NCBI RefSeq assembly: GCF_964204645.1
Contig: NC_134030.1
Span: 17,816,210 to 17,880,209, forward strand
Source: Tubulanus polymorphus
Taxonomy: Eukaryota > Animalia > Nemertea
Direction: 5' to 3'
Length of the DNA stretch: 64,000 nt
Of the stretch, positions 47,907 to 59,900 are shown in pieces. Position 1 is the first letter of the stretch. Each line of letters begins with the position of its first letter. The notes beneath the pieces were generated by a model. That model made no database searches. It had not been told where the DNA came from and saw nothing but the letters and a program-made list of their open reading frames with translations. Position numbers and translations under genes: made by a program.

Positions 47907-48627
47907 AAAAACTGTCGGAAGGTTTTGAGCATTTAGTTTATAATTTCAATAATAACGAAAAGGCATTAGATTGAGTAAAAGTAAAAACAAATCATAACTA
48001 AATGAAAGATAAAACATCGTCAGCCTTTTTGAAAGATGGATTTCCTTTTGTGAGGAAATTAAATTAGCGAACTATAGCCTACCATTGGCAGCTCAGTGAG
48101 AAAGTTCATGACGATGCCTTAATGATTTTTCTCATTCAACCTTTAGTGGGTATTTTACTTAGTGCGATATATGTGTGGAATCGGATTGAAGCTGCTGTAG
48201 GATTTATGAATTAATCCATGATTTAATTGTAAAATCCATGCAAAGCTCGCGTGATAAATTGACTGTTCGAATAAACTTTAACCTAGATATTTAATAAATC
48301 GTTGTCAACATACGTATTTTCATACATATCATTCAAAGAACGTGAAGCGTCATCTCAATAATTCAGCAAAGCTAAAATTCACTCGTAATACTTTTACATA
48401 TTGATGGTTTCCTGACATTCGTGGAGAACCCTTTTGTTATTCTGTTGATTAATATTATCACTACAGATTTTCCACTAGAATCCATATTCTATCAGATTCG
48501 ACAACTAACAGCTGCTACTAAACGAAATGTTGAACTCTGATAGTAATATAAAACGTCTTTCTGTCTGCGTAGATTCTATGTATGTTACTGTCCACCCTAT
48601 TTTAAACTTAAAATCACTTACTGTCAG

Positions 48628-48887
48628 CATAGAACTATAAGCGAACAGGAAGGCCGACTCAAAAATCAACTAAGCGCCGCTAGTAATCTTGTGTTTTGTT
48701 CAGCGCCCCTCACCGGTGTGGAAAAACGGCAATGTTCAACGCTCGCAGAGAAAATATAATCGAACATATTTCCGAGAACCTATTGTTTATTGCCACCGGT
48801 GAGGGTGTTGATTAATTTCGAAGTTAGCAAAGGCAAATGTATAGTGGCGTCGCGAAGTTGGCCATTCCTTTCGCTAATAGTTCTATG
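48628..48887. mobile_element. MITE with CATAG...CTATG termini
   Basis: CATAGAACTATAAGCGAA / TTCGCTAATAGTTCTATG, with internal inverted CCTCACCGGTG / CACCGGTGAGG. Confidence 0.8.
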
Positions 48888-48939
48888 CCAAATAGATGAA
48901 AAAAAATTGCTTATTTTGCAGATACCACTACGTCAAAAT

Positions 48940-49443
48940 AGATATTCAAGGCCTTTTTGTAAGAATTCAGAAATCCACATGACCCATTCAGGGCCAAGGT
49001 TTGGCAAGTGGCACACCCTAACAGTAGACATTAGTCTATATTGGGCATGGAATGTGTAAATTGTGTAAAATTAATTTATCAAAGATTTAATTCAGTTGAT
49101 ATTGAAAGCCGGATACAGTACCACGATCAAAATTTAATAGATATTTATTTCTAAAAGCCGCTAACATGTGTTACCAAAACGACATAAAGGAGAAGGATTT
49201 TGTGTACTATTGTGTCAACACACGTCAAACCAAGAACTCTGTCCGAGTGTATCCTCACTGGTAACGAGGTAAGTGAAGCTATAGACGATAAGCCAAATAT
49301 TTCATTGCATAGTTACATGTAGATGTAACTTCGAAAAGATGCAACTCAGTTAATCTGATTGAATCATCTTTTTCAGAATGTTTACTAAAACTCTTTTCAT
49401 CGCGTTGGCCTTGTTAATGGTCATTGGTGCTGTTGAAAAATAG
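48940..49443 (+). pseudogene. Truncated paralog of the toxin-like gene (promoter, exon 1, signal-peptide exon only)
   Basis: Homologous to about 42625-43118. ATG 49378 gives MFTKTLFIALALLMVIGAVEK*, cut by the inverted-duplication breakpoint near 49430. Confidence 0.9.
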
Positions 49444-52400
49444 TACAACAGTAAAAACGATATTTAATGATTTAACAAGTGTGGATACACAATATATCGG
49501 TCTTCTTTCAATACGCGCGCACAAAAATATGGATGAGGTTAAGTTCAAATGTGAAGTATATATCCAGTTTAAAGAGGGGGGGGGGTTGAGGTATACGTAT
49601 TAATCGTATGTGAATACAATATTACTAATTCTTTTATATTTGATTTTATAGACTACTACCGGGGACTACTATGTTTAATTACAACCTTATCCTGATTATA
49701 GATACATCTAAATCAGGCTTTTTTTTACCGTGAGACAACTTTATCTATTTGACTTTGATATCTATATGTCAATGTAGATTTTATGTATTTAACCACCTCA
49801 TTATGTCAATATGGATTTATCTGTATTTGAATATTATTAGAATACTAGATTACTAGCCCACGCAAAGAAAAACGTACCGTACCTTTGTTTCTCATCAAAT
49901 TCTTTGGATAATTAACACGCGAGGCAGGATTTCGTTTTACCTACCTTTTTAGAAAAGTGACAAATAGAAAGTCTCATTCCAAATCCCAAGAGTGACGAGG
50001 GTGACTATTTTCAATTTCTTTCTGGGTCTGGTATGATCGGGTCTGATATGGTCGGGTCTGGTACGATCGGGTCCGATATGGTCGGGTCTGGTACGATCGG
50101 GTCTGATATGGTCGGGTCTGGTGTGATCGGGTCTGATATGATCGGTATACAAGATAACTACCGGGGATTACACATGTACACCATCTATATTTGAATACAT
50201 ACGTATATAGATGTGAATGACCATATTTGACTAAAGACTACTAAATAAATATTTTGCGAATCTCTGTCGAGTGATACTGCTCAACTTCTGACCGCGACTT
50301 CAACAAATTAAAGAAATAAACCAGAGATAATCGTTATTTTCGAACGACGCTACGAACCCGGACCAACCACGTGGCCCCGGTCACCAAAGCCAACGAGTAG
50401 AAAATGAATGCTGTCGCCCTGTTCCGGTTGGCGTTTGATGAAGAATTTGACATCGCAGAAAACGACCGTTGAATGTGATAAACTGTAACTACGAATAGAA
50501 TTATACTGACCAGATCGATAATACCGATCGGTAGAACGAACGCCATCCATAGGGCGAAACTGGAACTAAACCAACAAGTAACGGGGCTACCGTAAACCGT
50601 ACCGGAGTACTGAGTGGTATCGATGTTGTGTAGGACGATACAGGGCCCGACAATGAGGAACGGAGCGAGCCAGACGGATAACAGATAATACAGTAACAAC
50701 TTAGGAGAATCGACCAGTTTACGAATGGTAGAAAAGGTAACGAACATGTGAACAGAAACAGCGGACATCGAAGCGAAAACGACCATCCAAATATAGTGTT
50801 TCACAGCGGCCATTGAAACGCATAGTTATCGGTTACCAACGCCGACCAGGCTGGAAATATGAAGAGTTTGAGCCAAGGCGAGAGTTACGCAGAGATTGAT
50901 GATGAGTTTACCGGGAAGAGGTCGCAGATCGGGAACACTCAAATAGATTACGACCGTTATAAGGAGACTTACGACAGACAGACAGCTACAGGATTACGTA
51001 TACAGGAAATCAAGATCGGAAAATAACGAACTAGCCGTTATTTTGAATTTCGAATCGTTGTGTCGTCTACAAACCATGACTCCTGTACTAGAATACACTC
51101 TCACGCAATCGTTGATTTTTGTGGAACATTTTCTCGATTTAACTAATCGAGTTTTTCCGCCGTCACTGGAAACTTGAAAAATTCTGTAATATATGAAATG
51201 CGTGTTCGACTGGGCTAGTAGCGGGCTACTACTGGTTAGGCTCGTATCGTTTTCTGTACCGATGACGTCACAGCGGGTATTCTTCGTCAAACTCGTGGTC
51301 GACAAATCGTACCCGGAAACGGTCACCCGGCTGCCATCTTTACCGAACTGACACGTGATCAACGACTCGTATTCACGCGCAATTGATTCTGTTTTGACGT
51401 CACCGAGGAATTCTTCGTGGTTGCTCAGCGTGAATTGGCGCCAGTACAACGATGAATCATTGAGTATAGATGAGATATTACCTATTCCTGTTATCTTTGA
51501 TTTTTCGCATCGCCGGAGCCACCGACGTTAAAGTACCACAATCCGTATAGAAATTTTCTCATACCTAATCGTTGCGTTTCGTTGAATGCGATAAAAATGA
51601 GTAGTGAACGCGAACTGATATCTTAGGCCATTCGTTCTCATCAAGCCGACAGACGGCGTTGTCTTCGTCGGTACCCTGTAGTCGATATCCCCGTAAACAG
51701 CCGTATCGGCGACATCAACGCGTCTCCTGGTCGAATATTTCGTTCATTTCCGAGCAGAAACATTCTTTCGGCGCCCACGAGATGACCGGCATTCCAGCGG
51801 TTCGGAATTCAACGCCGTTCGCCAGACTGAAATCGAGTGAACCAAATGTTTTCTGCCCGTTAGGTCGTAGTTACAAACAACGGTTCCGTTTAAAACCCTG
51901 TCACCCAGTTCACATTTCATACAGTAATAATTACGATATGTTTTCACTCGTCCGCCGACTACAGCTGATATCTGGTTAAAAACCCGTCCGCATTTAGACC
52001 TCAAGTCCCGATCGGCTGACTCGTCGCACCGTGACGTCATGGCTACGCTACTGCGCGTGCACGGTAGCAGTTCCATCCGACCTCCCCTGCGATGCTCAAA
52101 GGACAAACGACAATCTTCGGGCAGCCGAACTTTCGCGGCATCGTCGCTTAGAGACGAGTTGCGCATGCTCATGATGACGTCATCAATTCTTGTGGTGTTT
52201 ACGCGCTGCAGTAGGAGCCTAGCCGGTTTGTATTGAGTATCGTTGAACCCGTGACACATTGCGCAATACATATTCTTAAACGGAAGCCAGTCATCGATGT
52301 AGACAGGAATCGTGGTGGCAAGATTACTGGACGGCGATTCGCAATAGCGACGCGCGTCTGAATTCAAGTCGAAATCGATCGGGCACCGACTGATCGCTAC

Positions 52401-52731
52401 GAAACCTCTTGACCGATACGTCTCGACTCCGATTCCGTCTATACAGTCGGTGCATCCAGTTTGTCGCATCATCCTTTTTAGTCTCGATTCGTCCGCGTCG
52501 CTTCTGACAACGCACTTTCCAATCAGGTTGCAACAGTTGTTGAACAGTTCGCAAATACACAAATCAGCCGAACAACCTATGACTGGACAAACACGAACTA
52601 AATCGCCATCTTTATTCGTATCCGCTGATGCTGCTTTGTAATTGGCGATAAGTTGGTCGTTTTTGGTGCCGCCTTTTCCGGGAATATTACGTTCCGGCAT
52701 CCCGCGTGAGTGACCCGATTCTGGAAACCGG
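49435..52731 (-). pseudogene. Inverted duplicate of 20947-24916 carrying a frameshifted copy of the class-B 7TM receptor (about 50310-52731)
   Basis: ORF pieces 51744-52700, 50994-51449 and 50334-50813 are highly similar to the 20846 ORF. A deletion near 50305 removes TM7 and the C-terminus, and the minisatellite is reduced to about 8 units at 50024-50145. Confidence 0.96.
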
Positions 52732-53039
52732 TGATTAGAAAATCATGGTTTCAGATCAGAGGGCGAGAGGGTGACTCGCCACCACTTTCAATTTGTTTTC
52801 CTTTAAAATGGGAGAGAGTAGGTTCCAAACAGAAACAAATGATGGTAATAAAAATCAAGATTAATGTACATATTGTAAAAAAAATCAATTGATAAATCTC
52901 ACAAATCTCGACATGAAATAACTGCAAATCATAAAAAAAATGATATAGATTTTGAAACTGTTACGCTGTTTGGCTGTTATGGACATCATGTTTTGAACAT
53001 GGCGTGGGATTCATTATACTAGCACTGATAATACAAGGA

Positions 53040-53340
53040 GAGTACAGTTTGACCAGTCTTCAGGGATCATATGATTTGAAAAACAGTAATTGAACAATTT
53101 TACGACACATGGCCAGAGCGAAGGTTGTATAAGGATTTCATTTGGAATATCATCAACTCCTGGAGTTTTCTTTTTTAAATATCTGGTTGATTTTCGGAGT
53201 TCATTTAATGTAAATCTTTGGCTCAATTCAGAAAAATTGGTATTTTCATCTTGAAGCATGCAATTTTCTCTAGTATTTTTCTCTTTCAACATATGGCGTA
53301 ATTTATCAATGTCGTTTTGATTCAGTTCTCTTTGTAGGCC
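53040..53340 (-). mobile_element. LINE RT N-terminal fragment (second copy, + strand, about 55279-55400)
   Basis: FTLNELRKS...KTPGVDDIPNEIL...LFNYCFSNHMIPEDW. Confidence 0.88.
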
Positions 53341-53621
53341 GTGGAATTGATTCGTCGAAGATATCTACAACAGGAAACAATATTCTAAGGAGAATCGGCC
53401 TTCAATGAATCGTGGAATGTAGATTCTACTAATAGTTCTAAAACAATTTAAATCTCATGTTTATTTTGAACCGCGGGTTAGGTGTGATTGGCCTATTTAG
53501 GAATTGTGATATCATTCTGTCCTCACTTGAGAATTGATTTTTCGCAAACGTTTTCATACTGGTTCAGATGTTTTACTATAGCATGATGCGCCAGTTACTA
53601 TGAAATCTTATACAATGAGTA

Positions 53622-54568
53622 TTGATATTTAATTTGGTTACAACAATAATGCACACAAAATCCGATTTCACAAAATCCGATTATATATCAGGAATCTACC
53701 TAACTGTGTTATTGGTAATCCTGCCTATCTTGTTCCTGTTTGGAGCCTTCGGGAATTCAGCTACTTTCCTGATAATGATAAGTCGGAGATACCGCAGTTT
53801 ATCCTATGCTATCTATCTTATCGTATTGTCTCTCAGTGATTATATGTATTGTATCAATATAACATTGATGCCGGTATTACAGTTTGTTCTCTTGCATGTT
53901 AGTGATGGTCCAATATTCATCATGAATTCACTGATCAGTTGTCAAATCTATGAGTTTGTAATGCTACTTGCAGCCTGCAATAGTTCGTGGTTGATAGTAG
54001 CGATATCTCTAGAACGTGCGGCAGTTGTGCTCTTCCCGTTCACATCTCGTTTGATATGTACACAAACATTCGCTAGATTTGTTATATGCATAATAACTGC
54101 AGTAAATGCACTAGTTGTATATCTCAGCCCTGCTATGTCGATACAATTTACCGACCAGTTTTTTGGATGTTTCTTTCGGTTAATTGATCAATATTAACAG
54201 TTTTCACCATATTTGTCACCCACTTTAACATTCTACCATTAACGTTGATAATAACATCAAATTCTGTTATAATACTTCAGTTATTTAGAAGTTCAAAATT
54301 GGTCTCGTCCGATCATAAAACTACAAAATCAAAACGAACAACAATAATGCTTGTAACAGTTTCACTCGCATTTGCGATGTTTACACTTCCAAATACTATC
54401 ATTGTATTTTTACCAATCCCCCCGGAACAGAGAGATTTTCTATTGGACATTTTCACTCAATTCCAGGTTTGTAACTTCGTGGTCAATTTCTACATATATC
54501 TTTTACTGGGGCGAGAAATTCGTGAATACTTCTGTATGAAAATCCGCTGCAGAGATTTAGTCAAATAA
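53622..54568 (+). pseudogene. Class-A GPCR, full 7TM with one apparent frameshift near 54190 (pseudogene or assembly indel)
   Basis: GAFGN (TM1), LSLSD (TM2), SLERAAVVLFP (TM3); then in another frame ILPLTLIITSN (TM5), FTLP (TM6), NFVVNFYIY (TM7), REIRE. First in-frame ATG at 53649. Confidence 0.9.
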
Positions 54569-55399
54569 ACCATTGTTTTCAAATTTTGTTCATGCCACGC
54601 ATTTTTAATCATAAGTTGAACCGTAGTCTGGTTACAGAGACCATCAATACTACATTTCATACTACATTGATAATTTGTCCAATTCTAAAAAGTATAAACC
54701 TTCGACCTTAAAATCCTTTTCAACATTGAATTTGCACGTCACACTATTTCAGTTACTTAATTATGTACACAGTACAAACGAATACAGAGGTAGACATTTT
54801 TCGTTTCTTTCAAATTCAATTCTTCAATATCGATTGTTTACGAGTCTTCAGTAAACAAAAGATGACAAATTGCTTCTAGTTTTCAGTTGTCTTATTTCAA
54901 TCATTATCTATTTAGAAACTTGCTGAAAATTTTTGCCTTTCGGTCCAGACCACCTATTCCCGTCACTTATATTGAAGAAATCGTTTATTAGTAAAAAACG
55001 ACTTCTGTTAATTCTCTCTAAACAGATCATTCGGATATTATAGTACAGATTAATCGAATTTTGCAACCTGTTGAATCATGGGTCAGATGACATTCTCCTA
55101 CTTACTACTTGCAGAAAGTTATTGTCATAATATTCTGATCTCACATGAAACGAATAAACATTTTCCAACCCGATGTCCAATATGTTATACTATATATATA
55201 TAAGACATCTAACCGTGAATAACATTGAATTCTTGTAGATATTTGTATTTAATTTACTTAAATTATATATTACACAATCTCCCGGAGTTGATCATATTCC
55301 AAATGAAATCCTTATACAACCTTTCACGCCATGTCTCGTAAAATTGTTCAATTATTGTTTTTCAAATCATATGATCCCTGAAGACTGGTCAAACTGTAC

Positions 55400-55645
55400 T
55401 CTCCTTGTATTTTCAGTGCTAGTACAATGCGTACTGGTCCTTGAATCCCGTGCAATGTTAAAAACACGATGTCCATAACAGCCAAACTGCGTAACAGATA
55501 ATACGAGATGTAAGTTGAACTCAATATCTTCAATATAACGACAACCAAAATGTTTAACACTATGCCGAGGGGAGAGGGGGAGAGGGGGAGAAGGGGAGAG
55601 GGGGAGAGTATTACTCATAACTGTACCCACCATTACAAGCTATTT
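55400..55645 (-). pseudogene. GPCR TM1-TM2 fragment fused to a LINE fragment; contains a (GGGGAGA)n tract at about 55569-55607
   Basis: LGIVLNILVVVILKILSSTYISYYLLRSLAVMDIVF..GIQGPVR, paralogous to the 56.5-kb receptor. Confidence 0.82.
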
Positions 55646-55929
55646 TAGTGTATCTGATGTTTATATTTTTCCTGTCCGCGGCTTGTTGTAAATCATTGTA
55701 GATATTGATATCAATTTCATCAACACTTCTCTGAGCGCCGTTAGAAACTTTCGAAGAAAGAAATCATAAGTCGATTTTCTAATCCAAATATTCCCTCTGG
55801 TGCTCCCGGTAAAACCTGCATCTGTGTAAATGTTTTTTAGGGTTTGTCTCTACATATTCTGCACCTGTTTCGTGCGAGTTGGTATTGAATTCTTTCACCT
55901 GATGAACGGAATATTTTCAACTTCATGAG

Positions 55930-56558
55930 ACTTACTTTTGATCTCAAGTTCCATTTGAAAACGTTTGTAACATTCGTCCCACCTAAAATCAATTCTTCTG
56001 ACGGTGACAAGAAAAATGCAATGACCCGCTGCGAAAATTACAAAACATAAAACTATCAAGACTTTGATTCGAAATCTTGTAAAAGTTCGTTAAGCATAAA
56101 ATGGAAATAAAATTGATAAAGTTCGTTGTACGACGACACCTACAGTTATCCAGTTGCGTGTTAATTGAGATGCATAGCGTGGTACGAATGCCAGGACATA
56201 AAGCCATGGCATAAACGAGTAATGATAATATACTTATACTTACTAGAATACATATTCTCCTTGTATTACAACTGCTAGTAGATAACGCACTGGTCCTTGA
56301 ATCCCCCGCCACAACAAAAAACATGATGTCCCAAAAAGCCAACCAGCGTAAAAGATAAAACGAGATGTGAGTTAAACTCTGAGCTCGTAATGTAACGATA
56401 ATCAATATGTTTAACATTATGCCGAGTACCATTACGGGGAAGGCTCCAAAAATTCGTAAATATATCACGTAAATTGCTTTGGATGATCTAACCCCACAAT
56501 TATCGCGAATTCGATGTCCCAGTGAGCCATCGGATTGAGTCGTTAAGTTTCCCTCCAT
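55930..56558 (-). pseudogene. Class-A (FMRFamide-receptor-like/chemoreceptor-type) GPCR pseudogene, TM1-TM4
   Basis: ATG 56558 gives MEGNLT...VLGIMLNILII...YLLRWLAFWDIMF; after a frameshift IQGPVR...RNWITVGV..RTLSILFPF. Contains stops. Confidence 0.82.
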
Positions 56559-56782
56559 AGGAGCGGATGATGCCGCGGTTCGATCTATTCTACGCAAGAG
56601 AGAAACAGATTGTGTCTGGTGTCGACCAAAACCTAATTAGCGCTGTAGCGATATCAGTATCTTGAATCATAATAACATACACACCTCACACTTATTTCCC
56701 AATTTGAAACAGCGAAAAATAACATGAAATTTGAGCTAATTTTATACCATTAATTGATGGATGCACAGGTATTCACGTTGCG

Positions 56783-56905
<123 letters not shown>

Positions 56906-56999
56906 ATTGTCATTTTCTGTGGTTCCTACACCACTCATACCATCCTGGACTATAACGGACTAGAAGTCCATACAAAAGTGAGCGAGCTCCGATAACTTT

Positions 57000-59900
57000 T
57001 GCCGAGCTACGTCTTCAGAACACTAGTAGTTTGAATACTTTGAACACTTCCAAATCTAGTAAAGTTGGTACGTGGTATATTTGACAAAATTTGCTAACTA
57101 AACTTCTCTGAGAAAATCGTCACGCATGGAATACGTCAACGACAACATAATCGATCTTCATAATGGCGAACAACATGAACGTAACTCCCGACAATAGAGC
57201 TACCGACCCAAGGCTAGGGGATAAACGACGACGCGTTCTCCATCGAAGTCCCGAATTATGCGACGGTGGGTCACGTGACTACCTAAACATTGACACAGGA
57301 AGTATAATCACTCGCCATGTAACTAACGATCCGTGTAAGAGCTGTCAAAAACTCGAATCCAAAATTGACCAAATGTTCAAAACTCTCTTAGACAAGATGA
57401 GCGTTCTCCCGGACACAGCAAAGTAAACGATATATCCAGTTCGATGGCCAATCTCGCGAAAAGGGTGTTAAAGGTTGAAAATTAAATCACGGCGACAAAA
57501 AACTCTGTGATCAATACCCGTGTTGAAAACGATACAATCCGTCGAGATATGCGTGAAAATACAGACACACTTCAATCCGTCTTAAAAGAAAATCAAAAGC
57601 TAATTTCCCGCCTCTTAAATTCTCTCGAGAATTACAACAGATGAGAAAATCTCATCGTTTACGGTGTACCGGAATCAACCGGAGAAAAACCAACCTGAAA
57701 ACTGCGACGAAATGGTGAGAAAAATCATCAAGGACTACGAATTAGGGATTACGAATCCCGACGAGATTTGTCTACAACGCGTCCACCGCCTGTCTCAAAA
57801 ACCAGTAAAGCGAGAGGAATTATTGCTCGTTTTCGAAACTACCAGGACCGAGAAAAGGAACGAAGAAATGCCCACAAGCTGAAAGGCTCTGGAATCTCAA
57901 TCGGTGGAGACCCCGAAACGAGAGCAACAATAAAACAACTAATCCCAATCAAATGAAAAGCTACAACATCTGGACGTAAAGCCTACGTAAATTGGGAAGG
58001 AAAACTTTTCATCGACGGTAAACTGTTCAAAGGGAACGGCAGCGAATTCACCTGCGAACAGCCTACACCCCAGGCCCCAACTGCGGAAAATTCGAAGAAA
58101 GAGACCAAACCGACCCGACACCGGGTTAGGATCCAAAAAGTGCGGTGATAAAAATATGCCATGTAAACATTCACGGCCTATTCAACAGAAATAACAATGT
58201 CAGAATTTGCAAACTTGAGCTACCCGACGTTCTCAACTTATTCAATAATGTTATCGTGCTGATATCAGAAACACGGAATTCCGCCGAAACAGCGTCCAAA
58301 CACCAGATGGATTCTCATATTTTCAACAGACAAGAAACAAAAAAATCGCGCGAAACGTAATAATTCCGGTGGTCTGCTGCATTTTTACCGAAATGAACTG
58401 AAAGCCGGGATAAAACTGATAACGCGGACTGTTACTGGATTAAACTTGATAAGACAGTTTCACGCCTGAACGAGGACACTTTTATATGTTTGGCCTATGT
58501 ATCGCCCGTTCATATCAGCCGCGCACAAGCGGATACAATGACTGTATGACGAACTGAAATTCTGGCGTATTCAATCGAAGGGAATGTACTTGTTCTCGGA
58601 GACCTCAATTCCAGAACGGCAAATAAATCGGGTCCCATTGTAGATGAAATTGGTAATGAAACAGATGCTAATGAAAATCTATTCAATAATAACAATTTGA
58701 TATACTTAGAAAACGATATTAATCTTAACATACAATGAAGCTCATGTGATGAAATTTGCAATGATTATGGAAACGATCTATTAGAATTATGTAAAGTACC
58801 CAATCTTTCATTCTTAATTAACGGAAAAGCGTTTAATGACAAAGATTTGGGTAAATTCACATGTTTCCAACCGAATGGAAAGAGTACGGTGGACTATTAC
58901 ACAATATAAACTCAGATGCACTACGCATTATACGAGATTTTGAAATCTCCGATTTAAATCATTTCATAGATCATGCCACGGTTTTTGTTTCTATCGGTAA
59001 AAGCTTAAAACCACGGTACACTGACCACAGTTCTTTACATAGTAATCCAGGAAGAAAGCCACTAAATATTTGGATGGATATATGAAAGCTGTGGGTACTG
59101 GAGTGTGTAATGGGTAGTGTAGTGTGATCTGTGTGCATTTTGGTGGCCAGCACACAGATAACATTGTTCATTGGGGTTTAGTCCAGGACTCGCGAGATTT
59201 TCAACAACACGGAAGTAACGTGTAATAAATGATGACTTGAATTGCATGACTACCTACCACCCCTCATTATTGTTGGAAAACTAAACGTTCCGCACTGACT
59301 AAAAATTAGTAATAATAATCAATAACATTTTAGAAATGGCCAGAATTTTAACTTAGGTTCTATCTCATTTTTATTTTACAATTGCGATTGGTATAATGTT
59401 TTTTTAAACGGCCGTTAAGGCTTCATGTTTCGTCTGCAATTCACTGCAAATAGTTACGCAACTACTCGAGTCACATTTCAGTGTTTTTGGCAGCTGTACA
59501 CTCAATCGGCACCGTTCGTGACTAGCTTCACTGCAGAATTATCATTAATTAACATCGCCATATCACATCATCAACTTATATTGTGCCATAAAACCCTAAC
59601 AGCCGAAATAATTGAAATACACACACGATTTCTATCATTGAAAATTGAGAGAATGGCCGTGTTTGTGCTCTGCTGCTTCGCGTAAATCCCGCGGGGTGGC
59701 GCCACCGCGTGGAGTGGGGCCGAAACGTCCAGAGTATAATGCCTTACCGGAGCGTATAACCTGGAACAAACTAACACAGAACAGATTCAGTAGTGCCATA
59801 AGTAATGCCTTACCGGAGCGTATAACCTGGAACAAACTAACACAGAACAGATTCTTAGAAACCGTTCACAGCGATGATTTCATAAATCAATTAACCCACT

